DNA from: a virus
Taxonomy: Duplodnaviria > Caudoviricetes
DNA: 64,000 bases
IMG/VR virus record: IMGVR_UViG_3300032272_000007
Span: 1 to 64,000 of that record
Direction: 5' to 3' (one strand)
Made by a program: the position numbers and the translations under genes. The notes beneath the pieces were generated by a model. The model saw only the letters and a program-made list of their open reading frames with translations. It ran no database searches and was not told the DNA's origin. Shown here in pieces: positions 26,113 to 34,364 of the stretch; position 1 is the first letter of the stretch, and each line of letters begins with the position of its first letter.

Positions 26113-26546
26113 GATACGTTATCAATAAATTCAACCGAACATCCTCCTGAAATACAATCAAGATCGATTGTGGCTATCTCCGTATAACCATCATTGGATC
26201 TTATGTAGGCATAAATGATAAGTTTCCCTGAATCGATCCCGTCAATATCAGCTGTTATGCTCGTGGATCCATCGGGTAGGATTCTTCCAGAAAGGGTTAC
26301 ATCACCGATTTCGTCAGGGGTATTCAATGCATCTGAAAATACTACTGCAGAAAACTGATTGCTGTACCTTTCTGATATATTGATCAGTCCAATACCGATC
26401 GCGGAATCAGAAGGTCCGGAATCTGGGGTGATCAACGCAATGTTGTATCCATAGATAGGACCAGGTAACTCAGGCCCATTGTCACAAGAAAAAAGAGTTG
26501 TGGCTAATAAAGCCAGTAGAAGTACTGTTGTTTTGAAAGATTTCAT
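26097..26546 (-). CDS. Lipoprotein
   Basis: MKSFKTTVLLLALLATTLFS-CD lipobox; beta-rich mature part. Confidence 0.8.
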   Translation of the reverse strand: MKSFKTTVLLLALLATTLFSCDNGPELPGPIYGYNIALITPDSGPSDSAIGIGLINISERYSNQFSAVVFSDALNTPDEIGDVTLSGRILPDGSTSITADIDGIDSGKLIIYAYIRSNDGYTEIATIDLDCISGGCSVEFIDNVSWFEE

Positions 26547-26581
26547 AATTTTATGTTTAAAGTTTATGAGGTTAAATATAG

Positions 26582-26613
26582 TTTGGTTTATTGATATAAT
26601 CAAATTATATTTG
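26582..26613 (+). promoter_or_regulatory. Promoter TTTG-N20-TATATTTG for tRNA-Met and the downstream RNA
   Basis: Consensus elements 16 nt upstream of the tRNA. Confidence 0.75.
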
Positions 26614-26629
26614 ATTTAAGTAAGTATAT

Positions 26630-26702
26630 AGCGCTGTAGAGCAGATGGTAGCTCGCTAGGCTCATAACCTAGAGGTCGCCGGTTCGAGTCCGGCTGGCGC
26701 TA
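26630..26702 (+). tRNA. tRNA with CAT anticodon (Met or Ile2)
   Basis: Cloverleaf: CTAGG-CTCATAA-CCTAG anticodon arm, GCCGG-TTCGAGT-CCGGC T arm; no encoded CCA. Confidence 0.93.
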
Positions 26703-26990
26703 CATAAACCAGAGAAGGGGGATGTAAGACGTGCACAGCATCCCCCGCAGAAATCAAAGGCGGAACGAACGCCAATGGGACAGCGGACATTGAATAACCA
26801 TTGGAACTGAGATTTCCTAGCCACCGAAAGGTGTTTAAGCCGACTGAATCAAATCAATTAGATGATATGCCCCTATCCGCTGGGGGGCTTTGTTGAGAGA
26901 TTCGAAGACAACCATTTGTAAGACAGGCCAGACGTAGAGCTGGTATCTCGATTAACAATAGAAAAGGGGCAGTATATCTGCCCCTTATTT
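26703..26990 (+). ncRNA. Candidate structured ncRNA
   Basis: ORF-free, multiple helices, GNRA loop, loop-loop complementarity, ends in a terminator. Confidence 0.55.
26964..26990 (+). terminator. Intrinsic (probably bidirectional) terminator
   Basis: AAGGGGCAG-TATAT-CTGCCCCTT. Confidence 0.8.
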
Positions 26991-27039
26991 CTTCCCAAAC
27001 TGGGTATTTACTTTCCGAACGACCTTTATTTTTTCATAG

Positions 27040-27399
27040 CTATTTCTGGTATGTTCCTTCTACATCTCGGCTTTTCCGATCAATCTGGCGCTGCAGTAGC
27101 CATTGTTGCGCCTCCTGGAGCTTAGTGATCACCAATGCACCTTCACGGCTAGGCACTAGTCCGTTTTTGTATTGAAGGTCATGGATCATTACAGCAAGTA
27201 GGTGCTCGTGTAGCGTTCCTTCACGTTTTTCTACCTCCTCCTCATTTACTTTGGATCCACGGACGAAATTTAGCCGTTGTTGCGCCGCTGGATCTTCCAC
27301 ATATTCAAGGCCTTTTCCATCCACTACTCTGTAGACTGGAAGTAAGTAAGACGTTCCTTCTTCGAGAATTTCGAAGTCATTTTTCAAATCGATTTCCAT
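27040..27399 (-). CDS. tad1: Tad1-family anti-Thoeris/anti-CBASS sponge homolog
   Basis: F.RG...G.....LL...L...SRE.A...T...EA..W...R..DR..R.V.GT pattern matches the Tad1 C-terminal hairpin as recalled from memory. Confidence 0.8.
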   Translation of the reverse strand: MEIDLKNDFEILEEGTSYLLPVYRVVDGKGLEYVEDPAAQQRLNFVRGSKVNEEEVEKREGTLHEHLLAVMIHDLQYKNGLVPSREGALVITKLQEAQQWLLQRQIDRKSRDVEGTYQK

Positions 27400-27504
27400 T
27401 GTATATAATATTTAATTGTTAAAAATTCAATCTATAAAGCCGGATCCCTATTGCAGCAACTCCAACGGTTGCGGCTACTGTATTTTTTAGAAAGTCGCGT
27501 CTTT

Positions 27505-27687
27505 TCATATCCCAGTCTTTTGTTCGTACCGTGTAATCAGCACTAAAATGAAAGAGTGGTAGTTCTTTGCTATCACGGGATTTCCTGTTAAGATGTATTC
27601 TAGCGGGCTCAGAACCATTAAGATGAGAAAAATGACAAATGCCACGATTAATAACAGAATGCCGATGATTCTAAATAGTATTTTCAT
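27505..27687 (-). CDS. Small membrane protein
   Basis: Long hydrophobic N-terminal helix. Confidence 0.65.
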   Translation of the reverse strand: MKILFRIIGILLLIVAFVIFLILMVLSPLEYILTGNPVIAKNYHSFILVLITRYEQKTGI

Positions 27688-27881
27688 TCTTCCAGTAACA
27701 GTTTTGCTGCTTTTTCAAAGGTTTCTCCAGTGAATTTTTCATCTCCAGTGGTCTCAAGTAGTTCGAATGCCTGCGGATTTTGGTCTAAAATATCCCTTTT
27801 CAGAAGTTGGACCAACTCATCATGATCACCTTGAGAATTCGCTATTAACCATTGATGGTAAGCTGTCTTTTCTTTTTCCAT
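27684..27881 (-). CDS. Hypothetical protein
   Basis: Coupled ORF. Confidence 0.6.
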   Translation of the reverse strand: MEKEKTAYHQWLIANSQGDHDELVQLLKRDILDQNPQAFELLETTGDEKFTGETFEKAAKLLLEE

Positions 27882-27966
27882 TACTTATTTGGGTTATAGC
27901 CACATTCTCCACAATCACCCCCTTGGTAGTAGGGGTTTCCGCAGCAGTGGCAAAAGTCTGATTTTT

Positions 27967-28239
27967 TCATTCTGATTTGTAGTTAATGCTCTCCTGAGAG
28001 CTTTCTAGTAGGTCGAATACCTTGAAAATGGTTTCTCCAGCGAATCCCCTCTCAAATTCAAATACTGCAGTCTGAATCCTGGCGTACTGAAACGTCTTTC
28101 GGAAGAATGGTCCTTTGCGTTACTCATGTTTTACGTTTACCGTTGGAAATACAACAAATTCAGCATTCAATTTTTTCACCTCTTCACGAAGCTGGAGGAG
28201 CTCCTGGTAATCCTCCAGTGGTATCTTTGCGTGGAACAT
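27967..28239 (-). pseudogene. 90-codon gene interrupted by an in-frame TAA
   Basis: MFHAKIPLE...NVKHE*RKGPFFRKTFQY...INYKSE in one frame; stop at 28120-28122. Confidence 0.6.
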
Positions 28240-28527
28240 CTACATTGGCAAGTTGAAGTTCTCCATAATTCGTTCAATTTGAGCTTGTAAGTAGTGGATC
28301 TCGGATTCTAGTTCCTCTATAGCTGCAATATGCCTCGGAAATTGGCTGTTGTTATCTGTTGAATCTGGGGTGGGTTCTTTCTGAATAGCATTATCAAAAA
28401 TCTCATTGGTTAAATTGTGTAAGTTTTGATTAACATTACTGATTCTATCCCGACAGCTAATAACTTTTTCAGTCTGCTCTACAATAGAGGCTAGTTTTGG
28501 TGATTTTGCATCAATTAAATCCTTCAT
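28240..28527 (-). CDS. Coiled-coil hypothetical protein
   Basis: 95-aa ORF. Confidence 0.7.
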   Translation of the reverse strand: MKDLIDAKSPKLASIVEQTEKVISCRDRISNVNQNLHNLTNEIFDNAIQKEPTPDSTDNNSQFPRHIAAIEELESEIHYLQAQIERIMENFNLPM

Positions 28528-28549
28528 TTTTATAAATTTAGAGTGTTAG

Positions 28550-28622
28550 AGACGATAACAGGGCTCGAACCTGTGATCAATGTTTTGCAGACATTCGCCT
28601 TGACCAACTTGGCTATATCGTC
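28550..28622 (-). tRNA. tRNA-Cys(GCA)
   Basis: GACGATA/TATCGTC acceptor stem, AATGT-CTGCAAA-ACATT anticodon arm, TTCGA T loop. Confidence 0.93.
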
Positions 28623-28665
28623 TAAAAGGGAAGAGCTCACTACACTCTTCCCACAGTTATGCTGA

Positions 28666-29331
28666 CTAATCAGCAGAAAGTGATTTCACTACAGCTATGA
28701 ATAGATCATCTTTGTAGCGTTGTGATTCAGGGAGATCGGCGTAAGGAACGATGCACGGGTGCAATTTCTTCTCAGGATCTTTCTCCTCACCGTATTTCCA
28801 ACCTTCATCTACCTTATCCTTCATCCAGTTGTTGTGAAGTGAATCAGGCCCAGCTTTTGGGTTCTCCAAACGGAAAATTACACCCTTAACAGCGCTCTCT
28901 TTTTGCCAATCTGGTGCCTTTTCCCAAGTTAGCTGAGAATTGTCACCGATCGATTGGCAATAAGTTCTGTTGACTTCGTGGCAGGTTTCGGCGATCTTAG
29001 CAATGAAAGCGGCTTTTTTAGCCGCCAGGTGTTCTTTATCATCAGCTTTGCCCTTCTTTTCATCTTTATCGGCTGTAACTTTCGTATTACCAGCATCAAA
29101 AACATCTCCAGGAGACCATGACTGGTAACCATCTTCATAAACCACAAAGTATCCTCCAGCTATTGGATTATGCTTTTTGACATATAAATGAGAAACTGCG
29201 AACTTTTTACCCTTTGAGGGAGTGATAATTGCAGAACCGCCGGGTTTTAGCTTAACGGATTTGATTTTACAAGCACGAACCACCTTGTGGCTTCTGTACT
29301 CCTGTAATTTTGAAACATCTAATGGATCCAT
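28666..29331 (-). CDS. Two-domain protein: N-terminal YEDGYxSWSP (Tad2-like) domain plus C-terminal RyR domain
   Basis: GGYFVVYEDGYQSWSPGDVF; AETCHEVN...HNNWMKDKVDEGWKYG.EKDPEKKLHPCIVPYADLPESQRYKD. Confidence 0.8.
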   Translation of the reverse strand: MDPLDVSKLQEYRSHKVVRACKIKSVKLKPGGSAIITPSKGKKFAVSHLYVKKHNPIAGGYFVVYEDGYQSWSPGDVFDAGNTKVTADKDEKKGKADDKEHLAAKKAAFIAKIAETCHEVNRTYCQSIGDNSQLTWEKAPDWQKESAVKGVIFRLENPKAGPDSLHNNWMKDKVDEGWKYGEEKDPEKKLHPCIVPYADLPESQRYKDDLFIAVVKSLSAD

Positions 29332-29481
29332 ATAATTTTAATTTTTGATTAATTCTTTGCAAGGTAAATTCTTTTTTATTTCCAGCTCCTTCTGCCCCAC
29401 TGGCCATATTTTGCAGATACACTCCCTTTTAGGGTCTCTCTTGCATAGTGGGGCGTGTGGGCAGAAAAACTTTACCATAAC

Positions 29482-29497
29482 TGTTTCACGTGAAACA
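29482..29497. promoter_or_regulatory. parS: Canonical parS centromere site TGTTTCACGTGAAACA
   Basis: Perfect 16-bp palindrome matching the bacterial parS consensus, occupying a 21-nt intergenic gap. Confidence 0.85.
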
Positions 29498-29499
29498 CT

Positions 29500-29724
29500 T
29501 TACACTTTCTGAGGACCATGTGCCATACTACCATCTAATCTACTGAATGGCTGATTCTCCTTTATCGGAGGTAAGGACATACACTTACGAAGCACATTCA
29601 TTCCCTCCCTGATTTCTATCTCGTTCTTTTTTAGCTTCTTACGCATATAAGGGGTGGTCTGCACCCGTATTTCATACTGAACTAGGCTTAATTTCTCTTC
29701 AAGAATTTCAATTGCTGCTTTCAT
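29500..29724 (-). CDS. Hypothetical protein (MKAAIEILEEK...)
   Basis: ATG downstream of the leftward promoter. Confidence 0.65.
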   Translation of the reverse strand: MKAAIEILEEKLSLVQYEIRVQTTPYMRKKLKKNEIEIREGMNVLRKCMSLPPIKENQPFSRLDGSMAHGPQKV

Positions 29725-29745
29725 AAGGACTGAATCATTTAAAAT

Positions 29746-29777
29746 CAAATATAGTTTGATGATGTAGATAAAAACAA
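29746..29777 (-). promoter_or_regulatory. Leftward promoter TTG-N21-TATATTTG at the transcription divergence point
   Basis: Consensus elements; strand switch at about 29750-29809. Confidence 0.7.
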
Positions 29778-29808
29778 GAGATTGTCAAATTATTTTTAAT
29801 TTAGCTGC

Positions 29809-30630
29809 ATGAAGTTCATCTATGACTATGCGGTCGTTAAATTCGACAAACTAATACGGAATGAATCCGAAGTATCTGGAGCAAACGGACAAAAAATACT
29901 TCTAGCAATGGCTAAGGAGATGGAGCGCTATGTGCACAATGAGGGAACGGTCGTAAGCGTTCCAGATAAACTATCTGATAGTAAAGTCTTTGCTTTCAAC
30001 AGGATGGGGCCTCCTTTATACTATCGATCCAGCCCACAGGAGGTAACATGGCTTGATGTTGTTCCAATGTCCATTAAGGCTGGGGATAAGGTGTATTGCC
30101 ATCATAATGCAGTAATGAATGCCCTAAAAGACTCCGAAGATGTAATACTCAAAGAGGAGTACAACAAAGAGCGGAAGGAAACAACTGTTTGGATCAAAGT
30201 GCTAATTACTGATATTTTCTGTGCGGAGCGGAAAGGAAAACTTTTCCCTAACGCTACTTGGACATTGGTTAAGCCTGATATGGAAACATGGGAGGATATA
30301 TTAGTTCCCATTCCTGAAATAGACCCACTAACTGGTCAGCAGAAGGTGGAACTAACCAAAAAAATGGATAAAGCTGGGATCATGCAGACTACTCCGGTAC
30401 CAAAATGGTTACCAAAGGAGAAGTGGATACAAACGAAACAGGCACCAGAAGCAAAATTTCTTAGAGGGTTCATTGAAGCTATTGGAGATCCGTTGATTGG
30501 AGATATTAAAGACCTTGAAAAAGGAGATCACATCATTTTTAGAAATTTCGTTGATTTTGAGGTTAGCATTGGTGGTGTTAAATATTATTTGATGAAACAG
30601 ATGAATATTAGAGGGGTTATTGAAAAATAA
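29809..30630 (+). CDS. Tandem GroES-like co-chaperonin
   Basis: Two Cpn10-like units: GTVVSVP...IKAGDKVY and GFIEAIG...LEKGDHIIF...YYLMKQMNIRGVI. Confidence 0.75.
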   Translation: MKFIYDYAVVKFDKLIRNESEVSGANGQKILLAMAKEMERYVHNEGTVVSVPDKLSDSKVFAFNRMGPPLYYRSSPQEVTWLDVVPMSIKAGDKVYCHHNAVMNALKDSEDVILKEEYNKERKETTVWIKVLITDIFCAERKGKLFPNATWTLVKPDMETWEDILVPIPEIDPLTGQQKVELTKKMDKAGIMQTTPVPKWLPKEKWIQTKQAPEAKFLRGFIEAIGDPLIGDIKDLEKGDHIIFRNFVDFEVSIGGVKYYLMKQMNIRGVIEK

Positions 30631-30696
30631 TCTACCTTTGGATTTCGCCTCTCAAGCCTTCACTGGCTGAATCATAATGTGAGGAGTGTTTGAAGT

Positions 30697-30983
30697 AAAA
30701 CCCTTGGATCCATTCAGGGGTTTTTTTGTACCTTAGCACTGGTGGTTTATTTTTTCAAGGCTCAGTATGAGTTTTTAAGTATGAGCGTCAAAACCTCTGG
30801 GATTTTCTCAGAGGTTTTATTTTCGAGAGGATCAGGATGTTGAGATCAAGCATTCGTGGGAGTGGTTGAAGGCCACAGCTGGGCAATTCTCTTTGCAAGA
30901 TCATCCAGCCGTTCTGAAAAAGCCCACAGTTGAATTATGCCCTCTCTGCAAGGAAGTCCCAGCGCTACTATACTGGGCTTTCT
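30697..30983 (+). terminator. Cluster of three terminator-like hairpins
   Basis: AAAACCC..GGGGTTTT (30697), AAAACCTCTG..CAGAGGTTTT (30790), AGTCCCAG..CTGGGCTT (30954). Confidence 0.6.
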
Positions 30984-31144
30984 TGTTTTTCTAATCCCCT
31001 TTGTATCCCCTCAGTATGGTCATACTAAGGGGATGTATATCCCCTTTGCATCCCCGCTTGTATGGTATTGATATACTATAACAATACACTATTAATACAA
31101 TATCTACTAGTAGCAGTAAGGAGAATCAAATTATATTTGTTTCT

Positions 31145-31429
31145 ATGGAAACAAATATAAAACCCAGATTCGATTGCGCTCTTGTTGAATTACTACCTGA
31201 TAAAGATCATTTCAGTAAAGATGCGGACATTATTAAACCAGACAATGCTAAAAACTCTGGTAAGATGCTTAGAGGTAAAGTTCTAAGATTTGGATCTAGC
31301 TGCGAGGGATTGACGGAAGGAATGATCGTTGGTTTCCGGAATGGAGCTGGAGAGAAAGACATCGATGCTGAAAATGCCAATTTAATGTTGATACGCGATA
31401 AAGACCTAATGATCACCTATGACGACTGA
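31145..31429 (+). CDS. groES: GroES (Cpn10)-like co-chaperonin
   Basis: IKPRFDCALVE...IIKPDNAK...GKVLRFG...GMIV.F...LMLIRDKDLM. Confidence 0.75.
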   Translation: METNIKPRFDCALVELLPDKDHFSKDADIIKPDNAKNSGKMLRGKVLRFGSSCEGLTEGMIVGFRNGAGEKDIDAENANLMLIRDKDLMITYDD

Positions 31430-32108
31430 AACCGAGGAGCGATTTAGTAAGCTCAGGTTTCCTGTGCATAAAATACCGCCTGAGAAAGATCTTACTCAGG
31501 CGGTACCTAATCTATTTGTGTACAATGAATTCAAGAAGTTCGCCCATGAGCATAAATCACTCATCATTCGATACATCTGCTTTTTGTATGATCCAGGATC
31601 TGACCTCATCACTGACTTTCAAGAAGACATGGAAGCCAGACGAAACGCTGCTGCAGTTGCGGCGGGAATAGAAAGAAATGGAGATAAGTGGCCTAAGTGG
31701 TTTGAACTATCCATCAACTTTGAAAAAGAGGAGGTTAAAAAAGTTTTAGTAGAAGAGGGTACTGACGATTCAAAACCCATATACAAAAACGAGAGGAAAA
31801 TTACTCGAGACAAGGATTTGATCATGATGATCCTACGTTTCATTAGAATTTTCCGAAATAGAATTTGGATTGAGATCTGCACCCTTGAGGTGGAATACGA
31901 TCGTATGACCAAACAGCGATGGGAAGGAGTTGGACTTAATGATCCACAGAAAATCAAGCAGGCGGCTGATTTATCTAATGTTTGTGATGGTCACCTGGTA
32001 AAGTTGAATTCCTTCTACAATGAATTTTTTGGAGACAAGGATCTTGAGGATAATGTTATTGAAATGATGACTCCTGAAAATTTAGATAGACTTAGAAAAA
32101 GCGGATAA
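31419..32108 (+). CDS. Probable terminase small subunit
   Basis: Coupled immediately upstream of TerL; helical. Confidence 0.5.
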   Translation: MTTETEERFSKLRFPVHKIPPEKDLTQAVPNLFVYNEFKKFAHEHKSLIIRYICFLYDPGSDLITDFQEDMEARRNAAAVAAGIERNGDKWPKWFELSINFEKEEVKKVLVEEGTDDSKPIYKNERKITRDKDLIMMILRFIRIFRNRIWIEICTLEVEYDRMTKQRWEGVGLNDPQKIKQAADLSNVCDGHLVKLNSFYNEFFGDKDLEDNVIEMMTPENLDRLRKSG

Positions 32109-34357
32109 TGTATCACGAGGTAGAGGGAGGAACAGAAATCACAATAAAACACGGATACAAGGTTTGGATTCCTCCAATGCCAGAAAAAAGCGCTATTCAT
32201 GGCTTTGAAAAACTAAAGAAAGATCAGAAGTGGGAAAGAACCCTTCTTCCAGACTATTGGGAAGATCGACGCGAAGAGGAAATCTTCAAACGCGAAGAGT
32301 GGGAGAAAATGGTTAAAGATGGGAAGATTGATAGGAAAAAATCTCATCCGTTTGTAGATCCAGTGCTTGAAAAATTCAGAAGACAAGAATTTGCTCGACG
32401 CGAAGAGGGATTTTGGTTTTATAACAATGGGGAACCGACCTATATTAATGGATCTCACTACTATTACCTGAACTGGACCAGGTGGGATCACGTGGAAAAC
32501 GATGGTTACCCTATTTTCTATGAGAATCAAATACATCGATTTTACTTCCGAGAACTTTGTGAGACAGATCCAAGATCGCTAGGCTACCTCATTATCGGAC
32601 CAAGGGGATTTGGTAAGTCCTGTGAGGAAATTTCGTGCATCATAAACCGCATCACAAAACCACCACGTAAAAAGTGGGCTGCAATCCAGTCAATGACTGA
32701 AAAGGACGCACAGGATGTACTTTTCATTAAAAAGGTTGTTCCTATGTACAACGACCTTCCAGATTTCTTCAAGCCCATCAATGATCATGGAACCAGTCCA
32801 GTATCATCACTTTCATTCAAAAGAGACCGAAAAACAGGAAAAGCTGCCCATAAAGTAAAATTTGATCCAGAAGATGAACTAAACAATCTTCTATCATGGG
32901 TGGGATCCAAGGAAAAAGCACTAGATGGTGAAACCCTCCAGGACATCATGCAGGATGAAGTTGGAAAAACAGAGGATCACATCGCAAATGTGTCAGTACG
33001 TACTGGGGTCAACCGAAATAGTGTTTTCAGAAATAATAGAAAAATTGGTATTCAGCGATGTACTACCACTATTGAGGATATGGACTCTGGTGGAGCTGCA
33101 TGTTTAGAGCTCTGGGATGACTCAGATCCAGATAAGCGCACCGCCAACGGGCAAACCCTCTCTAGTTTGTATAAATGGCTAGTTATAACTCAGGAGTGCG
33201 ACCGTAGGTTTGCTGATGATTATGGTCGGATTGGTCCAGACCGGGAGATACCAATTGAAGATATTGACGATCCAGACAGGAATGGAGTAGGAAAACTAAG
33301 TGGTAAAAAAATGTCCCTTCTTGAATACCACGGGAATGAGCGAAAAGCTAGAATGCACGACCCTATCAAATTGGCTAATTGGGTTCGTAAGCATATCATG
33401 AGTGAGCAAGACATTCGAATTAAGAAAGGAGGAGCAAGTACATTCAACCAGATGATTATTAATAATAATCGAACGGAATTAATGCTTCTTAAAACCCCTC
33501 TTTGGGTACGAGGTAACTTCCATTTCGAAGGTAAGCCGTTCAAAAGCAAGGTTTATTTTGAAAGAGATGATCATGAAGGAAGGTGGCAAGTTAGTTTACT
33601 ATTGGATCCAAATGACTCCAATCGGTTTCATTACGAGGAAGGTCTTAATGGAAAAAAATTATTGGTACCGAATAACTCTTTAAAATTTGGAGCTGGAGTC
33701 GATCCTATCAAAGATGTTAAGACTAAAAATCCTCGTGCATCAAAGATGTCCGCCCACTTCAAGTACAAGTATGATGACAAAATTGATAGAGGAAAACCAG
33801 TAGAAGAATGGGAGTCATGTAGATATGTTGCTAGGTATCACTTCCGTCCAGATGATTCAAAGGATGCTTTTATGGACGTAGCAATGGGGATGTTGTATTT
33901 TGGATGTTGGGCAAATATTGAGGGAAACATTGGAGAGTTTACGGGATGGCTAAAGTCTAATGGAATGGATAAATTCATTATGACGGCGGCAGATTTTGAT
34001 GAGCCTTCCTTTGAGTCAAAAAAGAGCCTAGAGAACAGCTTGGTATCCACCGTAGAGGTGCAACAGGCGTATATTAGTAAAATTCGTACCTTTATCGCAA
34101 GACATCTCCACAGGAGAAATGCTTTACCTTTTATTGAAACGAATGACCAATTGTTGGATTTTGAGATTGAAAAGGTAACTTTCTTTGATGATGTCGTAAG
34201 TTTGGGGTTCTGTGAACTTGGTGACGATGCTATCGTTATTGAACAAGAAGTTCCCGAAACAGAATCAAGTGATTGGTTTCCGGAGTTTGATATTAGCGAA
34301 GACACCCCCGTACTGGTAGAAAATTACGATGATGAATTTTGGAAAGATTTAATGTAA
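32108..34357 (+). CDS. terL: Terminase large subunit
   Basis: GPRGFGKS Walker A, MQDEVGK Walker B, GAGVDPI nuclease motif; crAss-like N-terminus. Confidence 0.92.
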   Translation: MYHEVEGGTEITIKHGYKVWIPPMPEKSAIHGFEKLKKDQKWERTLLPDYWEDRREEEIFKREEWEKMVKDGKIDRKKSHPFVDPVLEKFRRQEFARREEGFWFYNNGEPTYINGSHYYYLNWTRWDHVENDGYPIFYENQIHRFYFRELCETDPRSLGYLIIGPRGFGKSCEEISCIINRITKPPRKKWAAIQSMTEKDAQDVLFIKKVVPMYNDLPDFFKPINDHGTSPVSSLSFKRDRKTGKAAHKVKFDPEDELNNLLSWVGSKEKALDGETLQDIMQDEVGKTEDHIANVSVRTGVNRNSVFRNNRKIGIQRCTTTIEDMDSGGAACLELWDDSDPDKRTANGQTLSSLYKWLVITQECDRRFADDYGRIGPDREIPIEDIDDPDRNGVGKLSGKKMSLLEYHGNERKARMHDPIKLANWVRKHIMSEQDIRIKKGGASTFNQMIINNNRTELMLLKTPLWVRGNFHFEGKPFKSKVYFERDDHEGRWQVSLLLDPNDSNRFHYEEGLNGKKLLVPNNSLKFGAGVDPIKDVKTKNPRASKMSAHFKYKYDDKIDRGKPVEEWESCRYVARYHFRPDDSKDAFMDVAMGMLYFGCWANIEGNIGEFTGWLKSNGMDKFIMTAADFDEPSFESKKSLENSLVSTVEVQQAYISKIRTFIARHLHRRNALPFIETNDQLLDFEIEKVTFFDDVVSLGFCELGDDAIVIEQEVPETESSDWFPEFDISEDTPVLVENYDDEFWKDLM

Positions 34358-34364
34358 ACTCAAC

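Noticed and set aside
26690-26760. Theta/HDV-like ribozyme at tRNA 3' ends (also checked 28500-28550)
   Set aside because: No nested double-pseudoknot pattern begins at either tRNA 3' end.
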